Counted from the first letter of the stretch, positions 1 to 9,896 are shown. The stretch: DNA of 64,000 nt from Candidatus Eiseniibacteriota bacterium (GCA_963707915.1 OY970178.1:3360001-3424000); one strand, 5' to 3'. The notes: generated by a model not told the origin, from the letters alone. Made by a program: numbers and translations.

Positions 1-317
1 AGATTTCGGATGCTCAGCGCGTCACCAGATTTCACATAGATAAAGACTGGATGCTCTGGATCAGCAGTGAATGGGCCGCTCACTGAAGTCGCGGTCCTTA
101 CCTCGAACTGGCCACCGAAAAGGAAGAGGACTTCGTCGCCGCTATTGGGTCTATTCTGAAAGTGGTGACTTTGTTGCTCTCTCGGTCGAACCCGAGCAAA
201 GACAGCTGTCGCATTAGGCGTATCACTCAGAATTCTACCGTGGAGGTTCTCCTCCTGAAAGAACTCCTCGGGTCGCTCGGTGACTCTGATGATTTGTGTT
301 TCGATCATTTCGCTCAT
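1..317 (-). CDS. Cupin-fold protein, partial (runs off the left edge; not in ORF track)
   Basis: Manual translation MSEMIETQIIRV...QQSHHFQNRPNSGDEVLFLFGGQFEV...FIYVKSGDALSIRN, open to position 1; cupin-like H..E-hhhh-G motif. Confidence 0.6.
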   Translation of the reverse strand, partial: MSEMIETQIIRVTERPEEFFQEENLHGRILSDTPNATAVFARVRPREQQSHHFQNRPNSGDEVLFLFGGQFEVRTATSVSGPFTADPEHPVFIYVKSGDALSIRN

Positions 318-424
318 ATAGCGCCCACCGGGTTATTGGCTAAAGTGGCCTGTACAGGAGAAGGCTAGCACAAACGCTCTCGCGCCGCCACTCGGCAATC
401 ACGGTCAGAGGAGGATGACAGCTT

Positions 425-1252
425 ATGCGCCCAGCCGATATCGAACAAGTCCTCGCACTGAACCGCGCCCATTGGGAGGCAGCCAGCAAGGTCCACGCAT
501 CATCTCCATATTATCAAGTGGATGCCGTTCGTGCTGGAGGCTGTAGCCTAAGTGAGGTCGAACTCGCCGAACTCGGCAGCGTTGCTGGCCAGAGAGGTCT
601 CCACGTCCAATGCGGCATTGGCTTGGAGACAATCTCGCTTGTTCGGCTCGGAGCTGCGATGACGGGGGTCGACTTCGCACCGTCGGCCGTCGAGCAAGCT
701 CAGATGCTAGCTAACGAATGCGGTGTGTCGGCTGAGTTCCGTGTGGCCGACGTACTTGATCTTAAGAACATATCACCTGAACCGTTTGACTTCATCTACA
801 CGTCCCACGGAGTGCTTAGATGGCTACCAGCACTTGGCACGTGGGCGGCGGGACTCTATCGCCACTTACGGCCGGGAGGGCTACTGTATGTGTTCGAGAT
901 ACACCCGTTGGTGTACCGAATTCGCAAGCTCGATGCGACGAGTGTCGTGTTAGGAGGCAACTACTTTCTTGAGAGCCCCCGGGTCGTCAGACTTGCCTCT
1001 ACGCATGCGGGTAATATAGCCCTTGGCGATGCCATGCGTGTGGTTCACACGGATTGGTCCATAGGTACGCTTCTGACGCACCTCCTCGACGCGGGGCTCT
1101 GCCTTCAGAGCTACCATGAGCATGGGGGATGCAGCTATAATAGGAACGGGTGGTTTCCAAGGCGGGTTGGAGGACTGTGGCACCCCGTAGCCGAGACACT
1201 GCCAATGCCGTTGTCGTTCTCCCTGAGACTCCGCAGACCAACGGCCGTCTAG
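425..1252 (+). CDS. Class I SAM-dependent methyltransferase
   Basis: LHVQCGIGLET motif I, GVDF, FDFIYTSHGVLRWL, LRPGG. Confidence 0.9.
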   Translation: MRPADIEQVLALNRAHWEAASKVHASSPYYQVDAVRAGGCSLSEVELAELGSVAGQRGLHVQCGIGLETISLVRLGAAMTGVDFAPSAVEQAQMLANECGVSAEFRVADVLDLKNISPEPFDFIYTSHGVLRWLPALGTWAAGLYRHLRPGGLLYVFEIHPLVYRIRKLDATSVVLGGNYFLESPRVVRLASTHAGNIALGDAMRVVHTDWSIGTLLTHLLDAGLCLQSYHEHGGCSYNRNGWFPRRVGGLWHPVAETLPMPLSFSLRLRRPTAV

Positions 1253-1316
1253 GCTGCGGACGCCCGCGTGACGGAGTCTCAGATGTTGCCGGGCATGGTC
1301 GAGCGTTACATAGGAG

Positions 1317-2057
1317 GTGCGCTACGTGACCTCAGCACGAGATGAATTGTTCGTGGTGACGGGAGGGACTCAAGGGATTGGCCTTGCCATAGCGCAGGCG
1401 GCAGCTGCCAGTGGCCGGTCCGAGAGCGTTATCGTGGTCTCAAGGCATCCGGGGGTCGAGGGAGATGGTTCCTGGGAACATGTGGCTGCGGACCTGTCGA
1501 CGCGTCCCGGTATTGATGCGGCGATAGCAGGCATACGCTCCTATCAGCGCCCGGTGCGCGTCCTCGTGAACAACGCCGGGGCCATATTGGAGAACAACGC
1601 GTTTAGCGCGCTCACCTGGGAGACGATGTTGGCGAGTATTGTCCTGCATTCGATCGCGCCCGTCCTCTTGACGCGAGGTCTCGAGAAGGAGCTCAGGGCT
1701 GCTCAGGATGCGAGCGTGATCAATATCGGGTCAATTTATGGCGGAATACCAGATCCGGAGGTGTTCGCCTATGTGTGCGGGAAGGCGAGCCTTCCTATTG
1801 TGACGGAAATGATGGCGAGAGCACTTGCTCCAGACGTCCGCGTCAACTGCGTCCAGCCTGGGCATATTGAGACCGCCATGACACGGGCGGCCACCGCTGA
1901 ATTCCGGCAACACGTGATTGCGCATACTGATGTGCAGAGGCTTGGGGAGCCATCTGAAGTCGCGGCCGTCGTGATGTTTCTAGCGTCGGCAGCGTCAGGG
2001 TTTATTAACGGGACGAGTATACGCCTGGATGGCGGGTATTGGGGCGGGGTGTCGTGA
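1317..2057 (+). CDS. SDR family NAD(P)-dependent oxidoreductase
   Basis: TGGTQGIG, NNAG, YVCGK (YxxxK), VRVNCVQPG. Confidence 0.92.
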   Translation: MRYVTSARDELFVVTGGTQGIGLAIAQAAAASGRSESVIVVSRHPGVEGDGSWEHVAADLSTRPGIDAAIAGIRSYQRPVRVLVNNAGAILENNAFSALTWETMLASIVLHSIAPVLLTRGLEKELRAAQDASVINIGSIYGGIPDPEVFAYVCGKASLPIVTEMMARALAPDVRVNCVQPGHIETAMTRAATAEFRQHVIAHTDVQRLGEPSEVAAVVMFLASAASGFINGTSIRLDGGYWGGVS

Positions 2058-4396
2058 GCGCCGACACGCTTGGCGCTACGCTGTCGAAGGTAGTGGACAC
2101 CTTGCGTGTCGCGGCCACAACCGACTCCTCTGGGGGGGCGGCATGGTGGGGGCTCGCCGAGAGAGCGGCAGCTGTGATTGGCGTGACCGCAATGGGTGTG
2201 CTCGCCGGGGCATGGCTGGGTGTGAAGTGGGTGATAAGGAAGTTGGCGGAGAGGTCGGATAGGAAGGTGTTCGGCGGCGACTACTTGATACTGCGTCGGG
2301 ACGCTCAGCGAGATGGGAGCTTCGATACCAAGGGGCTTACGAGTCTTCGGACCGCCATCCGGGTTCGATCTGACGAACTCTCACAGATGGTTCGGAGGAG
2401 CGTGCAGGAAGAGATGCGGCAGGAGACCAGTCGCTTGGCAGCTGGTTCCGCGTCCGTGTCATATGGGGAGATCTTGGCCGGGGCGCCTCTCTTGATGCCA
2501 TGCGGAACCGTGACACTAGATGGCACGCCGCGTCTCGAGGTGGCGGGCCTCGTTAAGGAGTCAGCGGAAGCCAGGATTCCAATCGACCGATCCGCCCCAG
2601 GATATCAGCGAACGCTTCTCCTCGGAAAAGCTGGGGAAGGTAAGAGCCTATTGTGCCTTCAGGCCAAATACAAGCTTATGAACTCCCAGTCAGGGCAAGC
2701 ACCATGGTGCCTAGTGATCTCTGCTCGCGACTTTGAGGGTGATCGCCCACACGACTCGGATATTGGGTCAAGAGAGTGGTGTGGGCGTCGGATAGCCGAC
2801 CGATACGTGGGGGGGGAGCCATCGCCCCTTGAGGTGCGGTTGCTAAGCGAATTGGCGGATAGCAGTGCCGTGCTGATTGTCGATGGATTGGACGAGATCG
2901 GCCAGCTTCTCACCTATGCAGAGTTGCAGTCGCTATTGTCGTCGTGGCTGTTTGCGCGAGTGGCGATTGCCACCGCGCGGTTGTCGTTCTACTATTCCCA
3001 CCTGCTTTCGGCGCGACCTCTTGACGGCATGAGACTCCTGCTTCTCGGCACTCCCACCGAGGCCTCGCGAAAGGCGTTTGTTAGAGCACTCTGTGGGCGG
3101 CAAAGGAACGCGGACCCGGGCAAGGTTTGCGCGCTGGTGTTGGACATGCTAGGCCGGCTGCCGAGTATGGCGGAGTTGACGAAGACGCCTCTGCTCCTGC
3201 TGATGGCTGCAGAGGTAGCCGCGCAGGCACCGGAAGGGCCACCGTTCCTTGACGCGATAGGTGTCTACGAGCGGTTTGTTCAGGAATTCGTGACGAAGGA
3301 AGTTGAGAGGAGCCACAAACGAATCTCCCCTACCCTAATGAACCATCTCGTGGAGGATGTCGCGTGGCTTGCCTTTAGCAGTCGGAATACTCAGGCAGGG
3401 CTGCCGCGGGTTGGTCAGGCGGGTCTCAGGGCGTGTATTGCCCAGACGTTCGGCTCAGGCGATCAAGACGCGCTCGATCACATCGCCAATGCCCTGTCCA
3501 CGTCTGCATTGCTCTCTGTGCCTCCCAGCGATCGCCGTGGTGGAGGTGTTGTCTTCAACCATGAGACGTTCGCTGAATTCCTTATTGCGCGGCGCCTCTA
3601 CGCGTGGCTATTGGGAGACCGCAGTACGGGATCGGACTTCTTTGAACACATCGAAACGCCTGAGATTTCGTTCTACGTCAAAGAATATCTCGCGAGACTC
3701 CGTGCAGAGAGCGAGGCCCTTCGGGCTGGGCGCGTCCGTCTGTCGCAGCTAGTGGAAGACTTGTCGCGCGCTCGACAGAGTGCGACAGATGAGACGAAGG
3801 CGCGCTTGGCTGCGTTTGCACTTGGGCAAGCCGCGTACTATCTGGGCATGGTAGCCGGCCCAGAGGAGCGGAAGACGCTGAGGGAGTTCGCTCACGGGGA
3901 AACAGACTTCTGGGTGAGGAGGGCGGCGGCGATAGGTCTGGCCATGGGAGGCGACGCATCTGACTACCATGCTTTGATTGATGAGATGCGCGGCGGGATT
4001 GAAGCGGGCGACTACACCTTGTCTCGAAAGAGCATAGCAATGGACCTTGGGTTCTACGGTGACCAGCCATTTGATCGCCTTGACCCGAGCCGCGATTGTG
4101 GTGGGGAGGCCTGTAGGCGGCTGGTGACTCGAGTTGCGCACCAGGCGCGATTCGCCGTGGAATTCGCGAACTGGCGGAGCGATCTCTTTGACCTCGTCTA
4201 TCTAGGCAAATACCGATCTGAGTCAAAGAGAGAGTTTGAATCCGTTCTCCGAGAAGTACGCGGAAGTCTGGAAGAGTCGCTTGCTGTTATTGAGGCGACT
4301 TCTGAGAACTCCAAGTATCCTGAGATCAGGGAAGTGCGCGAGATGCTCGCTTGCTTCGATGTAGTGCCGGGGGCAGCTGGCGGAGACTTACCTTAG
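2054..4396 (+). CDS. NACHT/STAND NTPase with N-terminal TM helix and C-terminal HEAT-like helical region
   Basis: Walker A GKAGEGKS, Walker B LIVDGLDEI, TPLLL, FNHETFAEFL; hydrophobic N-terminal segment; GTGA overlap with SDR stop. Confidence 0.85.
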   Translation: MSADTLGATLSKVVDTLRVAATTDSSGGAAWWGLAERAAAVIGVTAMGVLAGAWLGVKWVIRKLAERSDRKVFGGDYLILRRDAQRDGSFDTKGLTSLRTAIRVRSDELSQMVRRSVQEEMRQETSRLAAGSASVSYGEILAGAPLLMPCGTVTLDGTPRLEVAGLVKESAEARIPIDRSAPGYQRTLLLGKAGEGKSLLCLQAKYKLMNSQSGQAPWCLVISARDFEGDRPHDSDIGSREWCGRRIADRYVGGEPSPLEVRLLSELADSSAVLIVDGLDEIGQLLTYAELQSLLSSWLFARVAIATARLSFYYSHLLSARPLDGMRLLLLGTPTEASRKAFVRALCGRQRNADPGKVCALVLDMLGRLPSMAELTKTPLLLLMAAEVAAQAPEGPPFLDAIGVYERFVQEFVTKEVERSHKRISPTLMNHLVEDVAWLAFSSRNTQAGLPRVGQAGLRACIAQTFGSGDQDALDHIANALSTSALLSVPPSDRRGGGVVFNHETFAEFLIARRLYAWLLGDRSTGSDFFEHIETPEISFYVKEYLARLRAESEALRAGRVRLSQLVEDLSRARQSATDETKARLAAFALGQAAYYLGMVAGPEERKTLREFAHGETDFWVRRAAAIGLAMGGDASDYHALIDEMRGGIEAGDYTLSRKSIAMDLGFYGDQPFDRLDPSRDCGGEACRRLVTRVAHQARFAVEFANWRSDLFDLVYLGKYRSESKREFESVLREVRGSLEESLAVIEATSENSKYPEIREVREMLACFDVVPGAAGGDLP

Positions 4397-5190
4397 TCGC
4401 GGCGCGTTCTGCGTGAGAGAGCCGGAAGCCACTGATTGAACTCGTCGACTTGCTCTTGAGTGGCCCCCATATCCGCGAGCCGACTCACAAAGCTCGCGAA
4501 CATGGAGAGGACGGTGTCTATGGAAGGCGGCGTGCTCAAATAGTCGGCACCAGGCAATACGATGTCCGCCTTGAGGAGGACCTTGGTGAGCTTCGTCTCG
4601 ACAAGATGCGGATCAAAAGGGGCGATGTTGACGCAGTGAAGGTCAAGAGCGATCATGATAGTGCGGAATCTGCTGAGATAGGTGTGAAAGCCCGTGGCTT
4701 CGTGGCGGTGAATGCATTTCACCATATTGCGGAGGATGGGGAACGTCTCGTAGAAGATGAGGTTGATAAGGTCCCGACGCCAGGATGAGTTGGTGGCTAC
4801 AAAGTCTGGGAAGTGCTGGGCGAAGTATGCCGCACCGGCCTCGTTTAGAAAGACCATCTTGCGAGCCATTGGCAGGGGCGCAAAGGTAAAGGGACTGTTG
4901 AAGAACACTTCAGCCGACGAGCTGCTGCGTTGAAGAACGGTAATGCGGAGGCCGAACCCACGCGAGAGATACGGAGCAGGGACGACAGCATCCGGCATGG
5001 CGATGCTAACATGTTGACAGAACGCCTTCATGACGAGGATGAGGTCGGCATCGTCTGAGAATGCAAATAGATCGAGGTCCGACAGGGGGTCAGTTTCAGC
5101 CCGAGCGGAGGAGCCGCCCACTGCGACTGCCTGCACCTGAGGAATGGTGGTTAGGCAGTGAAGAAGTGAATCGAAAAACGGTGTGTGCAT
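4393..5190 (-). CDS. Pol-beta-type nucleotidyltransferase with C-terminal helical domain
   Basis: VGGSSAR...DPLSDLDL (GS..DxD); RBS-like GAGGG upstream of ATG 5190. Confidence 0.8.
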   Translation of the reverse strand: MHTPFFDSLLHCLTTIPQVQAVAVGGSSARAETDPLSDLDLFAFSDDADLILVMKAFCQHVSIAMPDAVVPAPYLSRGFGLRITVLQRSSSSAEVFFNSPFTFAPLPMARKMVFLNEAGAAYFAQHFPDFVATNSSWRRDLINLIFYETFPILRNMVKCIHRHEATGFHTYLSRFRTIMIALDLHCVNIAPFDPHLVETKLTKVLLKADIVLPGADYLSTPPSIDTVLSMFASFVSRLADMGATQEQVDEFNQWLPALSRRTRRD

Positions 5191-5261
5191 GGTATCCGTG
5201 CCCTCAGTGGAAGAGTGCCTCAAGAGTATATGCCACGCTGGGCCTCGTGGGTGGGTAGCCT

Positions 5262-5480
5262 AGACGCGGGCCTGTTCAAGTAGGCCCGCAAGGAGATGTT
5301 CGCCCGAGGCCACAGCGTGATCCTCCAGCCCCCACGGGGAGGACGGTCGCCTAGGCAGGGTCAAACGCGAGATAGACACGTCGAAAGGCGTCGTCGATGG
5401 CATCGGCGACGAGGTGCTCGAGTGTTCGAGACCCGGGCGAAGGCCCGCGCCCTCCGTGACTTAGCCAAAGTCGGCCCCAT
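5262..5480 (+). pseudogene. Degenerate remnant copy of the 6965 backbone gene
   Basis: 5428-5460 matches 7251-7283 at 32/33 nt; similarity extends back to ~5262 vs ~7046. Confidence 0.8.
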
Positions 5481-6938
5481 CTACCGAACCAACTGAGATA
5501 GAAGGACGGCCTGTGGTTCACCTCGCTGCCAACATTCCTGCAAAGCGAGCAACTGCTCCCGACCGATGATATGGATTCTGTGCTCGCGGGCGAACCGCAG
5601 GGTTGCGCTCGGGACATGGCTCTGAGGCTTCGGATGAAAGAACGCGAGGTAAGTCCCGAGGAACCCGGGCGTGACAACTGAACTCGCAATCGACCGCGCC
5701 CGCGCCGTTAAGACCTCGAGCATCTCGGTAGTGGGGGCGATGACCTTGCACTCCGCGACGAGGATGGCGTCCTCGCTCAACTCCGCGACAATGTCGGGGG
5801 CGTGGTCGGGGCTCCTGAAACCATAGCGAACTGCGGGAATGCCGCAGAGTTGCAGGAGTGTCACCACGTAGTGCTCAAACCCATCAGCGCCCCGATGCTG
5901 CTTGGCGCCATCTAGCAGCCCGGTTAGCCACTTCCCATCGGGGTCAATGAGTGCGTAAGCTTGGCTGCTAAGCTTCGGAATCCCAACGCGGGTCTCGTCC
6001 ACGGTGTCTTCGCCCACCATCAGCCTGAGCTCCCAGACACCCTCAAGCCGTTCTAGGGTCGTGTCGAGACGCCAGCAATCACCATGGTTTGTGAAGTCGC
6101 CTCGGCTAAATCCGAGCGGCCGGTCCGAGGAGTCATGGATTGCGTAGAGTTGAATCGGCAAACTGGAGTCGGTTGTACTCAGCTCGACCTGTAGCCGGGC
6201 ATCCAGAAGGCCCAGGCTGGCCGACTGGATACGGCAGTAGGTCGGGATGAGGACCTCGAGGAGAGCAGGGTCATTGCCAGGCAAGGCGAATGGAGCGTCG
6301 GGATTGCCCAGGAACCTACACAACTGCCGGTAACTACCCAGCTTTCCATCAGACCATGCCAATAGCCGTCGGTCGAGGGCCGCACGTACGTCCTCGCCAG
6401 CAACCGTGATTATGTTCTCACCTGAGCCCAGTAGGCTGTGAGTCGGCCAACCGGTCGTTTCCCGGCCGGGCCGGAAGTACTCGAAGAAGCTCCAATGGTA
6501 CGGCGTACCGTCGGGGCGGACGAGGCGTAGATCGGAGCCGCGGAGCGGCATCCTCCCGTCGGCGAGCCCAAGAAGAGCTTCATCAAGTTCTCGTAGCGAG
6601 AACCACCTCCGACAGGCGAAGTACTGCCCAACATCGAGGTTGGCGCTCCAGCTTGCATCCGGGGCGGCGGGAGAGAGCACGATGCGGCAGTGGAGGTTTC
6701 GAAGCTCCAAGCCATTCCGAGCGGCGAGGCAGGACACCCGGGCTCCTTCGTAGGAGCGCTTCGCCATCTCGGTCGATAGTTGGTCAAACACCGATGGACT
6801 CACCCCAAGCACCCCCTGCTCATGTGGCGGTCTCACTTTCCACAGCACGTCAGCCGTACGCGCCTCCACCCATCTTCCTGTGCCCGCACAGAGTTCTATG
6901 CTGACACAGGCTGGATCAACTGTCACCGATAGCCCCAC
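5481..6938 (-). CDS. Hypothetical protein with C-terminal PD-(D/E)XK restriction-endonuclease-like domain
   Basis: FEHYVVTLL...APDIVA...LVAECK (E..PD..ExK); start uncertain. Confidence 0.7.
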   Translation of the reverse strand: MGLSVTVDPACVSIELCAGTGRWVEARTADVLWKVRPPHEQGVLGVSPSVFDQLSTEMAKRSYEGARVSCLAARNGLELRNLHCRIVLSPAAPDASWSANLDVGQYFACRRWFSLRELDEALLGLADGRMPLRGSDLRLVRPDGTPYHWSFFEYFRPGRETTGWPTHSLLGSGENIITVAGEDVRAALDRRLLAWSDGKLGSYRQLCRFLGNPDAPFALPGNDPALLEVLIPTYCRIQSASLGLLDARLQVELSTTDSSLPIQLYAIHDSSDRPLGFSRGDFTNHGDCWRLDTTLERLEGVWELRLMVGEDTVDETRVGIPKLSSQAYALIDPDGKWLTGLLDGAKQHRGADGFEHYVVTLLQLCGIPAVRYGFRSPDHAPDIVAELSEDAILVAECKVIAPTTEMLEVLTARARSIASSVVTPGFLGTYLAFFHPKPQSHVPSATLRFAREHRIHIIGREQLLALQECWQRGEPQAVLLSQLVR

Positions 6939-6964
6939 CCGCCCCCTGACAAAGGAGCCTTCCC

Positions 6965-7690
6965 ATGAAGGCTCAAGAACACACCCGCACGGTCGAAGTC
7001 CACGACCGCGCGGGCAACGTCGTCGGCTCCAAGGAGGTCGTGCTCTACGCTGGCCTGCTCAACCAGGCCCACGAGGAGGGACTCTCCAAGGTCCGCACCT
7101 CGATCCTCCAGATCCCCACGGAGGAGAACGGCCGCCTCGCCATCGTCAAGGCCGAGGTCGAGACCGCCGAAGGGCCTCTTCGAAGCGCTCGGCGATGCCT
7201 GTCCCGAGAACGTCGATGAGTTCCTCGCCCCGCACCTGATCCGCGTGGCCGAGACCCGGGCCAAGGCCCGCGCCCTCCGTGACGCCGTCAACGTCGGCGT
7301 CGTCTCCTTCGAGGAGTTGGACGGCGTCAGCCTGGACCGGGACTCAAGCCCCGGATCGGGTGCCCGACCGCCGCCGCGCTCCCCGCGCCACGCCGAGCAA
7401 CGGCTCCGGCTCCCGCGCGCCCGCGCAGCAACGGCCACGAGCCGACCGCCCCGGTCGGCAACGGCACCGAGCCCATGACCGAGGCCCAGCGCCGCTACCT
7501 GTTCCGCCTCATGGCGGGGCAGGGCTACCAGAAGGAAGCCGCCGAGGACCGCCTGAAGGACCTCTTCGAGGTCTCGGCACTCACCGAGATCACGAAGGTG
7601 GCCGCGACGAAGATGATCGACGAACTCCTGAACTCCGCCCCCGGCAACGGGGATGGCGGGAATGGAGCCGACGCGCGTCCTCTCCGTTAG
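6965..7690 (+). pseudogene. Mobile-element backbone protein, putative ssDNA-annealing/recombination protein; frameshifted (possibly sequencing error)
   Basis: AAGGAG RBS; pieces 6965-7219, 7245-7478, 7475-7690 join after single-base corrections; AETRAKARALRD and MTEAQRRYL motifs. Confidence 0.6.
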
Positions 7691-8506
7691 CCAGGTCAAC
7701 GCCTACCTCGGCTGTCCCGCTCAAGTACCGCTTCCAGTACGTGGACAAGATCCCGAGACCCTGGCGGGTCGCCGCCATGGCCTTCGGCACGTCGGTCCAT
7801 GCCGCCGTCGAGTGGTTCCACCGGGAACGGCTCGCCGGCCGGCACGCCCGGAGCTGACCGAGGTCCTCCAGGTCTTCGACGCCGACTGGTACGCGCAGAA
7901 CGTGGAGCCGCTCGTCTTCTCGGAACGGGAGTCCGAAGGACTCTCTCGCCGAGAAGGGCCGCGCGATGCTCCAGCTCTACGTCGAGTCCGCGAACGGGAC
8001 GAAGCCGGTCGCGGTCGAGCAGCCATTCGAGCTGGACCTCGCCGATCCCGAGACCGGCGAACTGCTCGACGTGCGGCTCCGCGGCATCATCGACCTCGTG
8101 GAGGAGGGGGAGACGCTGGTCGATCTCAAGACCGCCGGCCGGACCCTCGAGCAAGGGGGCCTCGAACGGCACCTGCAGCTCTCCACGTACGCGCTCGCGT
8201 TCCTCCTCCTCCACGGCTCGCATCCCCAAGCTCCGGCTCGACATGTTGCTCAAGACCGCGAAGCCGCGGCTCGAGCGGCACGCCACCACCCGCACCGTCG
8301 AGGATCTCGGCTGGACCGCCCGGCTCATCCACGAGGTCGCGCCCGCGATCGAGACCGAGCACTTCTTCCCCAACCCGAGCTGGCGCTGCACCGAGTGCGA
8401 GTACTTCGCCCACTGCCAACAGTGGCGAGGGACCTGGCCTCGGCCTAGCGAGCAGCTCGTGACCGTCAGTGACGGGGAAGGTGTCGGCGAGTCCGCAGGC
8501 GCGTAG
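7662..8506 (+). pseudogene. PD-(D/E)XK RecB/AddB/Cas4-like nuclease; frameshifted
   Basis: SVSQVNAYLGCP-LKY, FGTSVH, RGIIDLV..VDLKT, QLSTY, C-terminal CTECEYFAHC (1+3 Cys, Fe-S type) spread over several frames. Confidence 0.85.
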
Positions 8507-8618
8507 GCCCTCAGGGGTCGTTGCGTGCTATCGGGGGCCACGGACGGCTTCTGAACCCGAGCGTCTGCGGCTCGTCGCACCTTCTCCTGTCTATCTCTCC
8601 AGTTCCTTCCATCCATCG

Positions 8619-8656
8619 GGGCTCCATGCGTTCGCGCCTGGAGCCCTTCTTCTTTC
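8619..8656 (+). terminator. Terminator-like hairpin in the radC leader
   Basis: GGGCTCCA-N12-TGGAGCCC followed by TTCTTCTTTC. Confidence 0.5.
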
Positions 8657-8679
8657 CCGCCCCTGCATGGAGTCGTCCC

Positions 8680-9103
8680 GTGTACGTCTGCGAACTGACG
8701 AAGCGCCAGTATCGCGGCAAGAAACCGAGGGAGATCCGCGGGCCCGACGACGTCGTCGCGTTCGTCGGCCCGAAGCTCCGCCGCGAGCAGCGCGAGCACT
8801 TCCTCGTGCTGCTGTTGAACGCCCGGCATGAGGTCGTGGCCCGCGAGACCGTCTCGGTCGGGAGTCTCAACGCCTCGATCGTCCACCCGCGGGAGGTGTT
8901 CCGGCCGGCGGTCCTCGCTTCGGCCGCCGCGCTCGGTGCTCGTTCACAACCACCCCTCGGGTGACCCCGAACCCAGCGAGGAGGACCTCTCGATCACCAA
9001 GCGGCTCGTCGAGGCCGGGGAACTGCTCGGCATCGGCGTGCTCGATCACGTCATCGTCGCCAGCCGGGGTGTCGTCTCGCTCCGCTCGCGGCAACTGCTC
9101 TGA
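8680..9103 (+). pseudogene. radC: RadC/JAB-domain protein; +1 frameshift near 8935
   Basis: [38 protein letters not shown]. Confidence 0.9.
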
Positions 9104-9130
9104 ACCCGTCCACGAAGAAGGAAGTCCGTC

Positions 9131-9864
9131 ATGTCTGCAACGCTCGTCGTCCACCGCGGCGGATGGGAGGCCTCCAAGGCCGACCTGGCCGCCGTCCCCG
9201 TGCCTGAGCCCACCGAGAGCTACCACCCGGTGCCGTACGGCCGCTTCGTCGAGGAGGTCGAGCTGCACGTTCCGCGCTTCGGCCTCACGGTCCAGTCGTC
9301 AGCGTTCGCGCTCGCGCGGGAGGGAGGCCAGATGTTCGGCGTCCTGACCTGCGCGAACGGGCAAGCCGCCGCCGACTACGCTCTCGCGATCGGCGTTCGC
9401 AACAGCTACGACCGGAGCCTGGCGGTCGGACTCACGCTGGGCAGTCGCGTGTTCTGCTGCGATAACCTCGCCTTCTCGGGCGAGGTGACCATGCACCGCA
9501 AGCACACGGTCAACGTCTTCCGCGACCTGCCCGACCTGATCTACCGGATGCTCTTCGCAGGTCTCGTCGATGCGGGAGCGGACTGACGGCGAGATCGCGG
9601 CGATGAAGGTTCGCGAATTGCCGCCGGCGCAGGCGCACCACCTGATGGTCGAGGCGATCCGGGCGAACGTCCTGCCCGCGTCGCGACTGCCGAAGGTGAT
9701 CGAGGCGTGGGAGGAGCCGAGGCACGAGGAGTTCGTGCCTCGCACGGCCTGGTCGCTCTTCAACGCCTTCACCGAGGTGCAGAAGGCGCACACGCCCGCG
9801 GGCGCAGATGGAAGGGAGCCTCCGGCTCTCATCGCTCTTTCGGAGGGAGTTGTCCCTCAACTGA
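9131..9864 (+). pseudogene. DUF932-family protein; frameshifts near 9555 and 9797
   Basis: RNSYDRS, RVFCCDNLAF, RKHT, TAWSLFNAFTE. Confidence 0.85.
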
Positions 9865-9871
9865 CCCAAGT

Positions 9872-9896
9872 GGGCCGTCCAAGCGCGGACGGCCCA
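9872..9896 (+). terminator. Hairpin after DUF932
   Basis: GGGCCGTCC-AAGCGC-GGACGGCCC. Confidence 0.55.

Noticed and set aside
3..368. Plus-strand frame open except for one TGA at 84-86 (possible readthrough or selenocysteine), including ORF 162-368
   Set aside because: It is the antisense shadow of the minus-strand cupin-like ORF (1-317), which has recognisable motifs
7662..8506. Cas4 / CRISPR adaptation gene
   Set aside because: No cas1/cas2 or array; context is a mobile-element recombination backbone
6965..9864. Programmed ribosomal frameshifting
   Set aside because: Too many shifts across four genes and no slippery heptamers; indel errors or decay are simpler
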